DNA from: a virus
Length of the DNA stretch: 64,000 nucleotides
Reading direction: 5' to 3' (one strand)
IMG/VR virus record: IMGVR_UViG_3300020193_000005
Coordinates: 45,137-109,136 of that record
Under the pieces are notes generated by a model. The model searched no databases. It saw only the letters and a program-made list of their open reading frames with translations, and was not told the DNA's origin. Positions 46,655 to 55,447 of the stretch are shown in pieces. Within the stretch, counting starts at the first letter, position 1. Each line of letters opens with the position of its first letter. Both the position numbers and the translations under genes were made by a program.

Positions 46655-47566
46655 CTAACGCAGTTCCCTTAGAAGGCAAATTCCGACGACGCGGGCGAGC
46701 TCCACCGGAACCGCGTTCCCGATCATTTGTTCGATCTCCGATTTGTTTCCTACGAGCCGAAATGAGCGCGGAAAGGTTTGGATGCGAGCTCGCTCGGCCA
46801 TCGTGAGCGGACGAAGGATCGGCGTCACTTCGCACGCGTCGTTTGGATGACCCGGGTAGCCAGGGGGAACCGGACGATTCACTCCGCGAATCGTTGCGCT
46901 GGGCTCGTCGATCGAATAAACCGCGCGCCTTGAATAATTTCGGGGGTGTCGGTAGTAGTACTCGATACCGAACTCGTCGCCCAAGTACTCCCTGACGGTC
47001 ATCGGTTGCGAACTGGCCATTGCCGCGACTTTCTTGGCGATACCGCCTTCATCCGCGCCGTTGAGAATACCTACGCAGAAAAGCCTTTTCCTTATCTGCG
47101 GAACACCGAAGAAGCTGGCGTCGAGAAGCAACTCCGTTATCCGATAACCCGATTTTGAAAGGATTGATTTCGCCTTGGCATAGGCAACGCTCAGCCGCGC
47201 TCGTTCAACGTTCTCCATCACGAACGCCGCTGGTTTTATTGTCGCAACAATTTGAGCGAAAGAATTGGTTAGATCGGCACGACCGGCTTCAATTCGTTTT
47301 CCGGCGCTCGAAAAGTCCTGACAGGGCGGACCGCCGATGATTACCTCCGGTCGCAGGATCTTCAGTTCGGGCACGACCGAGGTCACCCTGGAGAGGTCGG
47401 TCTTGAGAATCGGGTGATTGAAGTTGGTCGAGTAGCAGTTGACGGCAGGATCCCAGGAGTCGAACGCGGCGACGACTTCAAACCCAGCTCTCTCAAAACC
47501 GAGACTCATGCCACCGCAACCGGAAAATAGGTCGACCACGCGTGGTTTGGCTCGTCGTCCCGTCAA
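46655..47566 (-). CDS. dcm: DNA (cytosine-5)-methyltransferase
   Basis: Motifs DLFSGCGG, GGPPCQDFS, ENV, QIRKR, RPLTMAERARIQTFP, IGNAVP. Confidence 0.95.
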   Translation of the reverse strand: MTGRRAKPRVVDLFSGCGGMSLGFERAGFEVVAAFDSWDPAVNCYSTNFNHPILKTDLSRVTSVVPELKILRPEVIIGGPPCQDFSSAGKRIEAGRADLTNSFAQIVATIKPAAFVMENVERARLSVAYAKAKSILSKSGYRITELLLDASFFGVPQIRKRLFCVGILNGADEGGIAKKVAAMASSQPMTVREYLGDEFGIEYYYRHPRNYSRRAVYSIDEPSATIRGVNRPVPPGYPGHPNDACEVTPILRPLTMAERARIQTFPRSFRLVGNKSEIEQMIGNAVPVELARVVGICLLRELR

Positions 47567-49509
47567 GACTCAAAGCCCCTGTCCAGGAACGACATGACGA
47601 GTCGCCTGACCGACTCGTCCTCTCCCTCCTCGTGGTTCCCGTCCACGGCCGCGTTGACGACCTCTCGCTTCGACTCGATCAATCCGTAGATACTTTCGTC
47701 CACGGTGCCGTCGGCGATGGAGTAGGTGACCATCACCGATCCCTTTTGTCCGATCCTGTGACATCTCGAGTAAAGCTGATCCACGTCGGCGGGAGTCCAC
47801 GGCAATTCCACGAAGAGAACTTTTTGCGCCGCCGTAAGCGTGTGACCGGTTTTCGCCGCCTGAATGGACAAAACTATCACCGGCGCATCCTCCACGGATA
47901 GCGTCTGGAACTTCTTCTTCGCCTCTTCCACCTCCTCGACTTTCATACCGCCCTGAATCTTGAGACCCCCGAACTCGGCGGCCAGCTCGTCGACGACGTC
48001 CCTGTGGTGGGCGGCGATGACGACCTTCTGGCCGGCCTCGATGTTCGCCTGCACCCACTCCTTGATGGATTCCATCTTCGCCTTGGCGGCGAGTCTGCGC
48101 AAAACCGAGATCTTGACCAAATGTAGGTGCGACTCGGCTTTCATTTTCGCCATCACGGCGGCCGAACGCGGGGACTTACCGAGCTCCTTGGCTATCTCCT
48201 TGGCTCGTTCGACGAGATACTCGACGATATCGTCCTCGGCTTTGGCGTATTCTTTCGCTTGCTTCTCCGTCATGCCCACGTGATACATATCGTGTACGAC
48301 GTCGGGTAGTTCGGTCAAGACCTGATCCTTGGTTCTTCTGATGTAGCAGGAGGAGCGGAGTTTGTCGTTCAACTCCTCGAGGTTGGAAGATCCGGTCAGA
48401 ATCCAGTGACCGAACTTGTCCTTGAAGGCGGCGCAGTAACGGCGATAGAACCCCCACTCTCCCCCGAGTTCGTTGATTCTGCCGATGATGGACAGCTGGC
48501 TGGCGTACTCCATGGGCCTATTGGTGACCGGGGTGCCCGTGAGACACAGGATCAGACCGTCGTTTATCGACTTGGATATCTTTGTGGCGGCCCTCGTGCG
48601 CTGAGCTTCCTTGGTTTTTAGGTAGTGGGATTCGTCACAGACGAAACTTTCGTAGTTGCCACTTATCAATTTGTGCCAGTGATGAATGTTGGAATATCCG
48701 ATCACCAGTACGTCGTGTCGCTCGTCGACGGGGAAATTCTTTCTATCCGTGACGACGGATATCGTTCTGTGCGGAGCCCACCTAGAGAACTCGGCTTTCC
48801 AGTTCAGAACCAGGTTCGGGGGACAGGCGACCACGACAGGATAGGCGACCCCGCCGTTTTGTTCGTGGTACTCCAAGCTGGCTATCGCCTGCAAAGTCTT
48901 TCCGAGACCCATGTCGTCGGCGATGAAACACCTTCTGGCGTTTACCGCGTACGCCACGCCGGCTCGCTGGTACGGCATCAGATTCCCGACGATCTTTTCT
49001 ATCTCTATGTCCGAGCTCTCGGCGCGCGAAGCCTCACGCATGGCTTTGCTCTTTTCGAACAACCTACCCACCTCGCTCCTGAGCGAGTCCGGAACGGAAA
49101 TTTTGTGCGAGTCCGCCCAACCGACGACCTCGCGCACGGAACTTTTCGGGGCTCGCCAAGCCTTGGTCTGTTTGTCCCAGGTAACCCCGGGTATCTTCTT
49201 GATGTGGCGAACCTTCACCTCGTCGAAACCGACGTCAATATGTATCCACTCCTCGCCGAACGTTATTCCGCTCGGATCGTGCAATTTTTTCGGAGCGTCG
49301 AATCTGGCCACGGCGGCGGTCATGCGAAAACCCCTCGCCATGGCGAATTCTCTGGCTTCGACTATGGAAGTGACTGGAATTCTCCATATTTTGCCCAGCT
49401 TGTCCCATTTTGCGCCTTTGATTTTTTTGATCGCTTCAACGTCGTCCTTCTCGTACGGGAAAACGAGAAATAGATGATCGTCGCCGAGATCTATGAGTTT
49501 CTGGTTCAC
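47563..49509 (-). CDS. SNF2-family helicase with two N-terminal HARP-like repeats (SMARCAL1-like)
   Basis: Likely GTG start at 49509 overlapping the WhiB stop; ADDMGLGKT, DESHY, LTGTP, SRCHRIGQ; IKKIKGAKWD and IKKIPGVTWD repeats. Confidence 0.9.
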   Translation of the reverse strand: MNQKLIDLGDDHLFLVFPYEKDDVEAIKKIKGAKWDKLGKIWRIPVTSIVEAREFAMARGFRMTAAVARFDAPKKLHDPSGITFGEEWIHIDVGFDEVKVRHIKKIPGVTWDKQTKAWRAPKSSVREVVGWADSHKISVPDSLRSEVGRLFEKSKAMREASRAESSDIEIEKIVGNLMPYQRAGVAYAVNARRCFIADDMGLGKTLQAIASLEYHEQNGGVAYPVVVACPPNLVLNWKAEFSRWAPHRTISVVTDRKNFPVDERHDVLVIGYSNIHHWHKLISGNYESFVCDESHYLKTKEAQRTRAATKISKSINDGLILCLTGTPVTNRPMEYASQLSIIGRINELGGEWGFYRRYCAAFKDKFGHWILTGSSNLEELNDKLRSSCYIRRTKDQVLTELPDVVHDMYHVGMTEKQAKEYAKAEDDIVEYLVERAKEIAKELGKSPRSAAVMAKMKAESHLHLVKISVLRRLAAKAKMESIKEWVQANIEAGQKVVIAAHHRDVVDELAAEFGGLKIQGGMKVEEVEEAKKKFQTLSVEDAPVIVLSIQAAKTGHTLTAAQKVLFVELPWTPADVDQLYSRCHRIGQKGSVMVTYSIADGTVDESIYGLIESKREVVNAAVDGNHEEGEDESVRRLVMSFLDRGFES

Positions 49510-49748
49510 GCGACGACCTTGTTTTTGGATCTGATTTTGCGGCGCTGATTTTCCGTGGTTCCACCCCAAATACCGTAGAGAATCTCGTTGTCCAACGCGT
49601 ATTTCAAACACTCCTCCCTAACTACGCAAGCGCTACACAGGGCGAGGGCGCCTTTCACGGAATGCTTGTTGGCTGGGAAAAAGGACACTTTCGGGGTGTC
49701 GGCGCAATTGGCTTTCTTGCGCCACGATTGACCGGGTACGAAAAACAT
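49506..49748 (-). CDS. whiB: WhiB-family Fe-S transcription factor
   Basis: SD AAGGAG; W..KANC...CSACVVREEC...YGIWGG. Confidence 0.92.
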   Translation of the reverse strand: MFFVPGQSWRKKANCADTPKVSFFPANKHSVKGALALCSACVVREECLKYALDNEILYGIWGGTTENQRRKIRSKNKVVA

Positions 49749-49828
49749 GATAATTAGCTCCTTATGAGTAGCAACAACACTACCCCTCCCGTACGCCGAA
49801 AACAACCCCAAAACACTAGAATTTAGAC

Positions 49829-50179
49829 ATGCGGATCGTACACGAAATTACAGATTCCGAGATGCTTGACGATGCCATAAACTCGGGTCTGAACGTCGTC
49901 GTGGACGTATGGGCGGAGTGGTGCGGTCCGTGCGCCGTCGTCGCACCGATGTTGCTGGAGTTGTCCGAGTGGAATCCGCATATCCTCTTTTACAAGCTGA
50001 ACGTCGACGAACTTCCGGATTTGGCCAAAAGGTTCAACGTCATGAGCATTCCGACGCTTCTGTTCTTCAAGGAAAAGAAACTCGCCGATACGATCGTCGG
50101 GGCGACGAGTAGACAGGCGCTGGGAGAAAAAATCTACGGTGCGTACGGTCGCCCGCCGTATTGGATGGTCGCGCCGTAG
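49829..50179 (+). CDS. trxA: Thioredoxin
   Basis: WAEWCGPC and SIPTL; TAGAAT immediately upstream suggests a leaderless gene. Confidence 0.92.
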   Translation: MRIVHEITDSEMLDDAINSGLNVVVDVWAEWCGPCAVVAPMLLELSEWNPHILFYKLNVDELPDLAKRFNVMSIPTLLFFKEKKLADTIVGATSRQALGEKIYGAYGRPPYWMVAP

Positions 50180-50184
50180 TCGGC

Positions 50185-50802
50185 TCACTGAGCCGACAGT
50201 TGTCTCAGGAACTCTCCGCGCTCCCACATGATCCCTAGCGCCGAGTAGCCCATGACGTCCACGACGCTGTCGTAGATGGACTCGTTTTCGGCTTCTTCGT
50301 CGGCGACGCCCTTCGAAATGAGGTTTTCCAACCTTGCGACCTTGTCCTGCATCCTGATGATGAGACCGATTCGTCCGAATCTGGATATGTTGCCGTGACC
50401 GTAATCCTTCTGTTTTTTGACGAGCACGTTGTGGATCTCGGAAAGGACTTTGTCGCTCTCCAATCCGTTCCTGTAGCAAGCGATGAGACCGAATTCGTGT
50501 CCGAAAATCCCGACGCTTTGCCATAACTGAGAAATTTGTTCGGAATCGTTTTCGCGGCGTTCCAAACTTGAGCCGTCGTCGGAGAACTGCGTGGCGATCA
50601 GTTTGTCCACGGACTTCCTGAGTCTCCCGAGTCGCTCGGCGACGTCCTCTCCGGAGTACTCCATCCTCGTCAACCAGTGCGACAACGACCACCCCTTACA
50701 GGAATACTGGGAGTTCGATTCGGGCAAAAACTCCGCGAGAGCCAGGTAGGCGGACTCCTGCCACGAACCTCGGATTTGGTCAGTTGGAGAGTATCGCGGC
50801 AT
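50185..50802 (-). CDS. DUF1599 / nucleotide-modification-associated domain protein
   Basis: KKQKDYG...IRMQDKVARLENL...ESIYDSVVDVMGYS. Confidence 0.8.
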   Translation of the reverse strand: MPRYSPTDQIRGSWQESAYLALAEFLPESNSQYSCKGWSLSHWLTRMEYSGEDVAERLGRLRKSVDKLIATQFSDDGSSLERRENDSEQISQLWQSVGIFGHEFGLIACYRNGLESDKVLSEIHNVLVKKQKDYGHGNISRFGRIGLIIRMQDKVARLENLISKGVADEEAENESIYDSVVDVMGYSALGIMWERGEFLRQLSAQ

Positions 50803-52423
50803 ATTGCTTCGCTATCCATTCCGCGACCGGGGAAGCGACCCCGTTGCCGCATTGCTTGTATCTATGGGTGTCACTCAACTCTTCTCCGTCGTCCGTCCAT
50901 CTCGTGTGATCCTTGGGCCAACCCATCAGCGCCTCGCATTCCGACGGCATCAATCTTCTCACGACCATGTTTTGAACTACGCCGTTGGATTGCTTGGTGC
51001 CGGAGCGAAGCGAGTGATGAATTTGTCCGTCCACCAATCTGTCGTTGTATTCGTCGTAAGCGATGGCATGAACGTCGGTGGAGGTGAGGGTGAACATCGG
51101 ATCGCCTTCGTTGGTGTGACCCTTTCCGGCTGGACCGTTGTGATCCTGTCGGCCGATGACGTTCCCCTGGATTCCGTACGCCACGGATTGCGCCCCCGTT
51201 TGATCCAGCGTGTACGAAGGAGCGTCTTCGTCGCCGACTCCGAGACCGTTCTGGTGTTTCTCCATTTCCCTACCGTCTTGTATCGGGAAAGCGACGACGC
51301 TGCGTTCGATGACCAAATTTTCCCCCCTCGACGAGGGGACTCCGCCGTCGCCCCCGGATCTCAGCGTCATCGCCAGACCGTCGTTCATGTCCGGGTGAGC
51401 CACGGCGTGGCCGGCTCCGCCCGTCCTGAGCGTCGGGAAGGCGACCTCGGATGGTTGCGCGTCCAGACATTGCGTATGGGAAAAACCTATCGCCTGAGCG
51501 ACCATTGGGGTGTTGAGACCTCCGGTGCCCATGAACGCGGTAAGAGTGTTGACCGTTTCTCCCTGCATTCTCACGCCGTCCTGCCTGTGCGGATGAAAAA
51601 CCATCGGCCCGTCTTCGGAAACGACGATAGTTTCGCTCCCGCCACCGAGATCGCCGCCGGCCGCCCGAAGAGTGCCGACTCCCTCAACGTATTTGGCGAA
51701 GCTCGTGGCGGTGAAAGTCCCTACGCCGTCTCCGAAGTCGAGTCGTTCTTGTCCCAATCCGGGTTCTTGTCCACCACCGCTTGAAGCGCCGACTTCAGTC
51801 TCTCCGGGAGAATTTTGTTTCTTCTTAGCGCCCTTCTTAGAATTCCTGCGCACGCCCTGGCCGACAAGTAATACCGGGAAGGTACTTCTTCCTGCGGCGC
51901 CAGTATCGAAGAGAGCACACACGAAGACCCTTCTACGTCGCTGGGGGACTCCGAAGTGTTGCGCATCCAGGACTGCCCACTCGACAGCCACAGCCCCTGC
52001 GTCAGCCATTTCGTCGAGGACGACCCCGAAGTCAGCGCCTTTGTTGGAGTTGAGGGCTCCTGGGACGTTCTCCCAAATTGCGAGTCTTGGAAAAGATCCG
52101 TTTGTTGCATCGCGCATCTCCCTGATTATCCGCATTGCTTCGTGAAATAAGCCGGATCGAGAACCGGTGAGACCGGCTCTCTTCCCGGCGACGGAAAGAT
52201 CCTGACACGGCGACCCGAAATTGATCGCATCGACCGGTTCTAGAACCTTTCCGTCGACGTCCTTTACGTCGTAGTACTTCGGGATGTCGGGCCAGTGTTT
52301 CCGGAGAATCCGTTGGCACTGCTCGTCCCATTCGGCTTGCCATCGGCAACGCCAGCCGGCGGCTTCGAATCCGAGATCGAAACCACCGACGCCAGCGAAG
52401 AGACTGCCGAAAGTGAGGGTCAG
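50780..52423 (-). CDS. dcm: DNA (cytosine-5)-methyltransferase with long repetitive variable region; probable CTG start
   Basis: Frame extends 96 codons upstream of the listed ATG and encodes SLFAGVGGFD (motif I) and FGSPCQD (motif IV); downstream ENV, QRRRR, RRLMPSECEAL, GNGV. Confidence 0.88.
   Translation of the reverse strand: MTLTFGSLFAGVGGFDLGFEAAGWRCRWQAEWDEQCQRILRKHWPDIPKYYDVKDVDGKVLEPVDAINFGSPCQDLSVAGKRAGLTGSRSGLFHEAMRIIREMRDATNGSFPRLAIWENVPGALNSNKGADFGVVLDEMADAGAVAVEWAVLDAQHFGVPQRRRRVFVCALFDTGAAGRSTFPVLLVGQGVRRNSKKGAKKKQNSPGETEVGASSGGGQEPGLGQERLDFGDGVGTFTATSFAKYVEGVGTLRAAGGDLGGGSETIVVSEDGPMVFHPHRQDGVRMQGETVNTLTAFMGTGGLNTPMVAQAIGFSHTQCLDAQPSEVAFPTLRTGGAGHAVAHPDMNDGLAMTLRSGGDGGVPSSRGENLVIERSVVAFPIQDGREMEKHQNGLGVGDEDAPSYTLDQTGAQSVAYGIQGNVIGRQDHNGPAGKGHTNEGDPMFTLTSTDVHAIAYDEYNDRLVDGQIHHSLRSGTKQSNGVVQNMVVRRLMPSECEALMGWPKDHTRWTDDGEELSDTHRYKQCGNGVASPVAEWIAKQYAAILSN
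51721..52110 (-). CDS. Alternative-frame protein nested in the methyltransferase gene
   Basis: 129 aa; LSSIL...VPSRYYLSARACAGILRRA...LPERLKSAL, a motif I recall from ORFs nested in C5-MTase genes. Confidence 0.65.
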   Translation of the reverse strand: MQQTDLFQDSQFGRTSQEPSTPTKALTSGSSSTKWLTQGLWLSSGQSWMRNTSESPSDVEGSSCVLSSILAPQEEVPSRYYLSARACAGILRRALRRNKILPERLKSALQAVVDKNPDWDKNDSTSETA

Positions 52424-52890
52424 AAGGGATCTTGCCCTTCGAACGCCTCCTGTGATCCGCCGCCGACCCGCGCCGTCTGCTTGGTTTGCGGCTTCGAACG
52501 AGACTGTTCCTTGCCGTTGCCATCGCCCTGCTGGCGTTGCTTACGCTCGAACTTGTCTATCGATCGCACGGAGATACCGATTTCGTCGGCGAGCACGTGC
52601 ACGGCCGAACGCTTCTTGCCGGTCTCCTTGTCGTCCCAGCTCTCCTGCTCGAGGCGACCGCTCACGGTGACGCGCACTCCCTTGACGAGCACGGCGGCGC
52701 CGTCCTCGGCCAGGTTCCTCCAGGCGACCACGTTGAAGAACGAGGTTTTCTCCTGCTTTTCTCCCTTGGAGTCCGTCCAATAGTGATTTACGGCCACCGA
52801 AAAGGTGAGCTTGGCGGAGCCGGAATCGAAGTATTTCACTTCGGGATCCCCCGTGAGATTGCCGATGATTGTTACTGGCGCTAGTGACAT
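52420..52890 (-). CDS. ssb: Single-stranded DNA-binding protein
   Basis: SD AAGGAGG; IIGNLTGDPE, FFNVVAWRNLAE, acidic DPF C-terminus. Confidence 0.95.
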   Translation of the reverse strand: MSLAPVTIIGNLTGDPEVKYFDSGSAKLTFSVAVNHYWTDSKGEKQEKTSFFNVVAWRNLAEDGAAVLVKGVRVTVSGRLEQESWDDKETGKKRSAVHVLADEIGISVRSIDKFERKQRQQGDGNGKEQSRSKPQTKQTARVGGGSQEAFEGQDPF

Positions 52891-52951
52891 GTTAGTATCC
52901 TCCTTGTGTCGGTTGATTTCGCCACTTGCAGCATACCACAAGTACTAGGAT

Positions 52952-53224
52952 GTGTCAATGCCAATAGAAAGAACCCCAGAAAACGCAAGAATCATACTCG
53001 TTAGACAGTTGCAGGATGCGCTGTTCGACCTCTCCTTCGATGCCAACGAATCGGACGACAAGAACGAGGAGCTACTCGACAAGCTCGCCGTCGTCGCCGA
53101 CCAATTGGTAGAGCTCACGGGGGCGAAGGTAACTCAAATCGACGAAGACGGAAACGCCTACGTGAAATTCATTTTTTCTCACGTCTGGGACGACGAAAGG
53201 TTCAAGAGTATCTTCCTTTCGTGA
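52952..53224 (+). CDS. Hypothetical protein
   Basis: 90-aa ORF divergent from ssb; could start at ATG 52958. Confidence 0.65.
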   Translation: MSMPIERTPENARIILVRQLQDALFDLSFDANESDDKNEELLDKLAVVADQLVELTGAKVTQIDEDGNAYVKFIFSHVWDDERFKSIFLS

Positions 53225-53466
53225 TGAAGGACGAGAACAGCCTTGATCCGGCTTTCGTCAAATCGGAATTGGACGAAGCAGAAAAGAAGATCAACAACAT
53301 CGTCTGCGAACATCACTGGTTCGCGTCGGAGTTCGGTCCGTATTCGCCACTACACCCCAACAGCGACGGCGGAAAAGAAGACGAGTTTCTTCACGCCCTC
53401 GGAATGGCTCACGATTGGCTGAGACAGGCGATGGTGTACTACGACGAAATGCACGAAAACGAATAG
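53221..53466 (+). CDS. Hypothetical protein
   Basis: 81-aa ORF, GTGA overlap. Confidence 0.65.
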   Translation: MMKDENSLDPAFVKSELDEAEKKINNIVCEHHWFASEFGPYSPLHPNSDGGKEDEFLHALGMAHDWLRQAMVYYDEMHENE

Positions 53467-53849
53467 TGGAGCTGGGGGGAATCGAACCCCCGTCCGAGCG
53501 GATACCGAGGAAATCGCTACGACCGTTCCCGTTTCGACGCTGACGCTACGTCGCCGACGGGTCGGCTACCCGGTCGCCCGAGTCGCGTCTCGTCTTTCCG
53601 AGATGTCGTCGGGCTTTCGTTCCCCGAGGTCAACGGTCTTTCTCGTCGTCATCCCCGCTTCTGTTGCCGGGCTGCGGTGGATCGGCCCCGTGCGACCTTG
53701 CGGCTCACGAGTGCTCTCCGACGCCTAATGAATTAGGCGGCGAGAGCGAACTGCTTGTTGGCAGTTGTTTGGTTGCCCTGTTTTGCGAGTCTGAGCAACT
53801 CGGGTCGCGCCTTCTCCGGACAGACCGATCGTCGAAACCTGTCAGCCCC
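53467..53849 (-). ncRNA. ssrA: tmRNA with tag peptide ANKQFALAA
   Basis: 5' GGGGCTGACAGGTTTCGAC; 3' GGGGGTTCGATTCCCCCCAGCTCCA; G3-U acceptor pair; tag ORF at 53762-53733. Confidence 0.95.
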
Positions 53850-53858
53850 TTGAAATTG

Positions 53859-54059
53859 CTATGTAATCATACCATCGTTTAGTTCCTTCAGCAACTTGAT
53901 CCCGCACTTCTCGGCCAGGTCGGCTCGCTTGTGGCTGTGGTGACAATCCACGACGACGTTTTCGCCGCGCGACAACCTGGCGAAGTAGGGAGGGTTGGAC
54001 GACCAGCTCGGTCTCAAAAGTACCGTCACGACGACGGGTTCTTGATGTTCATCGTTCAT
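53859..54059 (-). CDS. Hypothetical protein with a Cys/His motif
   Basis: MNDEHQEP start with GAGG SD; CHHSH...AEKC. Confidence 0.6.
   Translation of the reverse strand: MNDEHQEPVVVTVLLRPSWSSNPPYFARLSRGENVVVDCHHSHKRADLAEKCGIKLLKELNDGMIT
53864..53875 (-). promoter_or_regulatory. Extended -10 promoter for tmRNA
   Basis: TGGTATGAT just upstream of the tmRNA 5' end. Confidence 0.55.
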
Positions 54060-54090
54060 GACGTCCTCATTACGTTGATGTAAGATGAAA

Positions 54091-54176
54091 TCGGTCCCCG
54101 AGACCTTGCTTGGGAGGGAGGGATCCGGGGACCGACTCATCCCAGGCGTCGCTAGGGGGAGCCAAACGCGCCAGGA
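54091..54176 (-). ncRNA. Two-hairpin element with C-rich loops (6C/anti-SD-like sRNA or terminator)
   Basis: Stem tcggtccccg/cggggaccga with CCCUCCCUCCC loop; second stem with CUCCCC loop. Confidence 0.4.
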
Positions 54177-54183
54177 AGGGTAC

Positions 54184-54234
54184 TTAGGCGAACCAAATCG
54201 TCGCCAAGGCGAACAGGAAGATCACCCAGTCCAT
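54184..54234 (-). CDS. 16-aa hydrophobic peptide MDWVIFLFALATIWFA
   Basis: TAATG overlap with the HTH gene stop. Confidence 0.55.
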   Translation of the reverse strand: MDWVIFLFALATIWFA

Positions 54235-54467
54235 TAGATTCCCTTGGTTACGGCGGAGACCTTGATGTTCATCACGGCGCACAGCCTGACGAGGGTGTCC
54301 ATGGACGGAGAGAAATGACCGTTCTCGATGCGGTTGACCGTCTTGCGGTCAATGCCGGCGGCGCCGGCGAGGCCCTCCTGGCTGAAGCCAGACTTCAACC
54401 TGGCGTTCCTTAGTCGTTCGGAGACGATGCTCTCGGCTCGCTCCAGTCTCTTCTTGTCAATTTTCAT
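54234..54467 (-). CDS. XRE-family HTH transcriptional regulator
   Basis: LRNARLKSGFSQEGLAGAAGIDRKTVNRIENG..PSMDTL; ATGA overlap start. Confidence 0.9.
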   Translation of the reverse strand: MKIDKKRLERAESIVSERLRNARLKSGFSQEGLAGAAGIDRKTVNRIENGHFSPSMDTLVRLCAVMNIKVSAVTKGI

Positions 54468-54727
54468 ATCGCGCCTCCTCGTTTGGCGTATTCGTTGATG
54501 GCATCCCCGAACTCTTGTTCGAAGAAGTAACTCCCCCGATGGCAGGAGAGAAATTTTTCGCCCGTTTCCGAGCTTTCGTTGCGGCAGTTCCACACGACGT
54601 AGGGGGTGAAATCGTTCCAGCGCTGAGCCAGCACCACCCATCCGCTCCCGACGGCGGTGCAATGCACCACCGTCGCTCGTTGTTTCTCGAGCGGTAGACC
54701 GACTACCGGCGCAAGCGTGGCGGTCAT
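54464..54727 (-). CDS. Hypothetical protein
   Basis: 87 aa, coupled at both ends. Confidence 0.7.
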   Translation of the reverse strand: MTATLAPVVGLPLEKQRATVVHCTAVGSGWVVLAQRWNDFTPYVVWNCRNESSETGEKFLSCHRGSYFFEQEFGDAINEYAKRGGAI

Positions 54728-55134
54728 TAGGCGTTCACGGCCTTCACGTCGGAAATCATCACCGACACGACCGGGGTCACTTCGGTGGCTTGATCCACCA
54801 CCGCCTGCGAGACGAGATTCATGGATACGGCGCTGGCGACCAGCTTCTGATCCACCTCCTCCACCACGAGCTTCTTCAGCACGGCGGGCTTGACGAGCTT
54901 ACGCAGCTTGTCGAGGATGATTTTGGTACGCACGGTACGGCGGATGTAGACCTTGCGGCTGTCGTCCCCCTGACCTGTGATGACCGACTCGAGACCCTCC
55001 TTGGTGCAGGCCTCGATGAAGTCCTGCTCGGCGATCTTCTTCGCCTTGCTGGCGATGTCGTACGAAGTTTTGGCTTCGGCGAAAGCGATGGCGGCCTGGG
55101 CCGCGCTTGTCGGTTTCTTGCGTTTGTCGTTCAT
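54727..55134 (-). CDS. Hypothetical protein
   Basis: 135 aa, SD AAGGAG, strong codon bias. Confidence 0.8.
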   Translation of the reverse strand: MNDKRKKPTSAAQAAIAFAEAKTSYDIASKAKKIAEQDFIEACTKEGLESVITGQGDDSRKVYIRRTVRTKIILDKLRKLVKPAVLKKLVVEEVDQKLVASAVSMNLVSQAVVDQATEVTPVVSVMISDVKAVNA

Positions 55135-55172
55135 GATTGCTCCTTAGTAACTAGATGGATAACTTGTGGGAC

Positions 55173-55204
55173 ACGCTAGCGAGTCATCCTTGGTATTGCA
55201 ACCC
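55173..55204 (-). promoter_or_regulatory. Promoter GGGTTGCAA-N17-TAGCGT
   Basis: Same hexamers and spacing as the two promoters at 63783-63875. Confidence 0.7.
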
Positions 55205-55447
55205 CAAACCGAAGTTTTTTGTAAATACCTACGCAGAAATTGATATGACATGAGTCACGTCACTTTTACCGAACGTTCGTCCGTTTACGTCGTCAGATAT
55301 GGGTGAGACGTCGGGGGCGGCGCCTTTCCCGTCCTCGGCGTCTCGTGAAGCCTTTCACTTGCGTTTATTGCGTTTGGAACCCCGAAACGGTAGTGATCGG
55401 GTAGCCGAAATTGGAGCGTTACCGAGAGACGAGCATCCCCACCGATA

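Noticed and set aside
46655-47566. Complete restriction-modification system
   Set aside because: No cognate restriction endonuclease is recognisable; likely an orphan methyltransferase
50804-51784. 326-aa plus-strand ORF and similar long shadow ORFs (e.g. 59276-60490, 58083-59009)
   Set aside because: Antisense to well-supported genes and lacking recognisable motifs
53467-53500. tRNA gene or prophage attachment site
   Set aside because: It is the 3' arm of a complete tmRNA; no integrase or duplicated end is visible in the window
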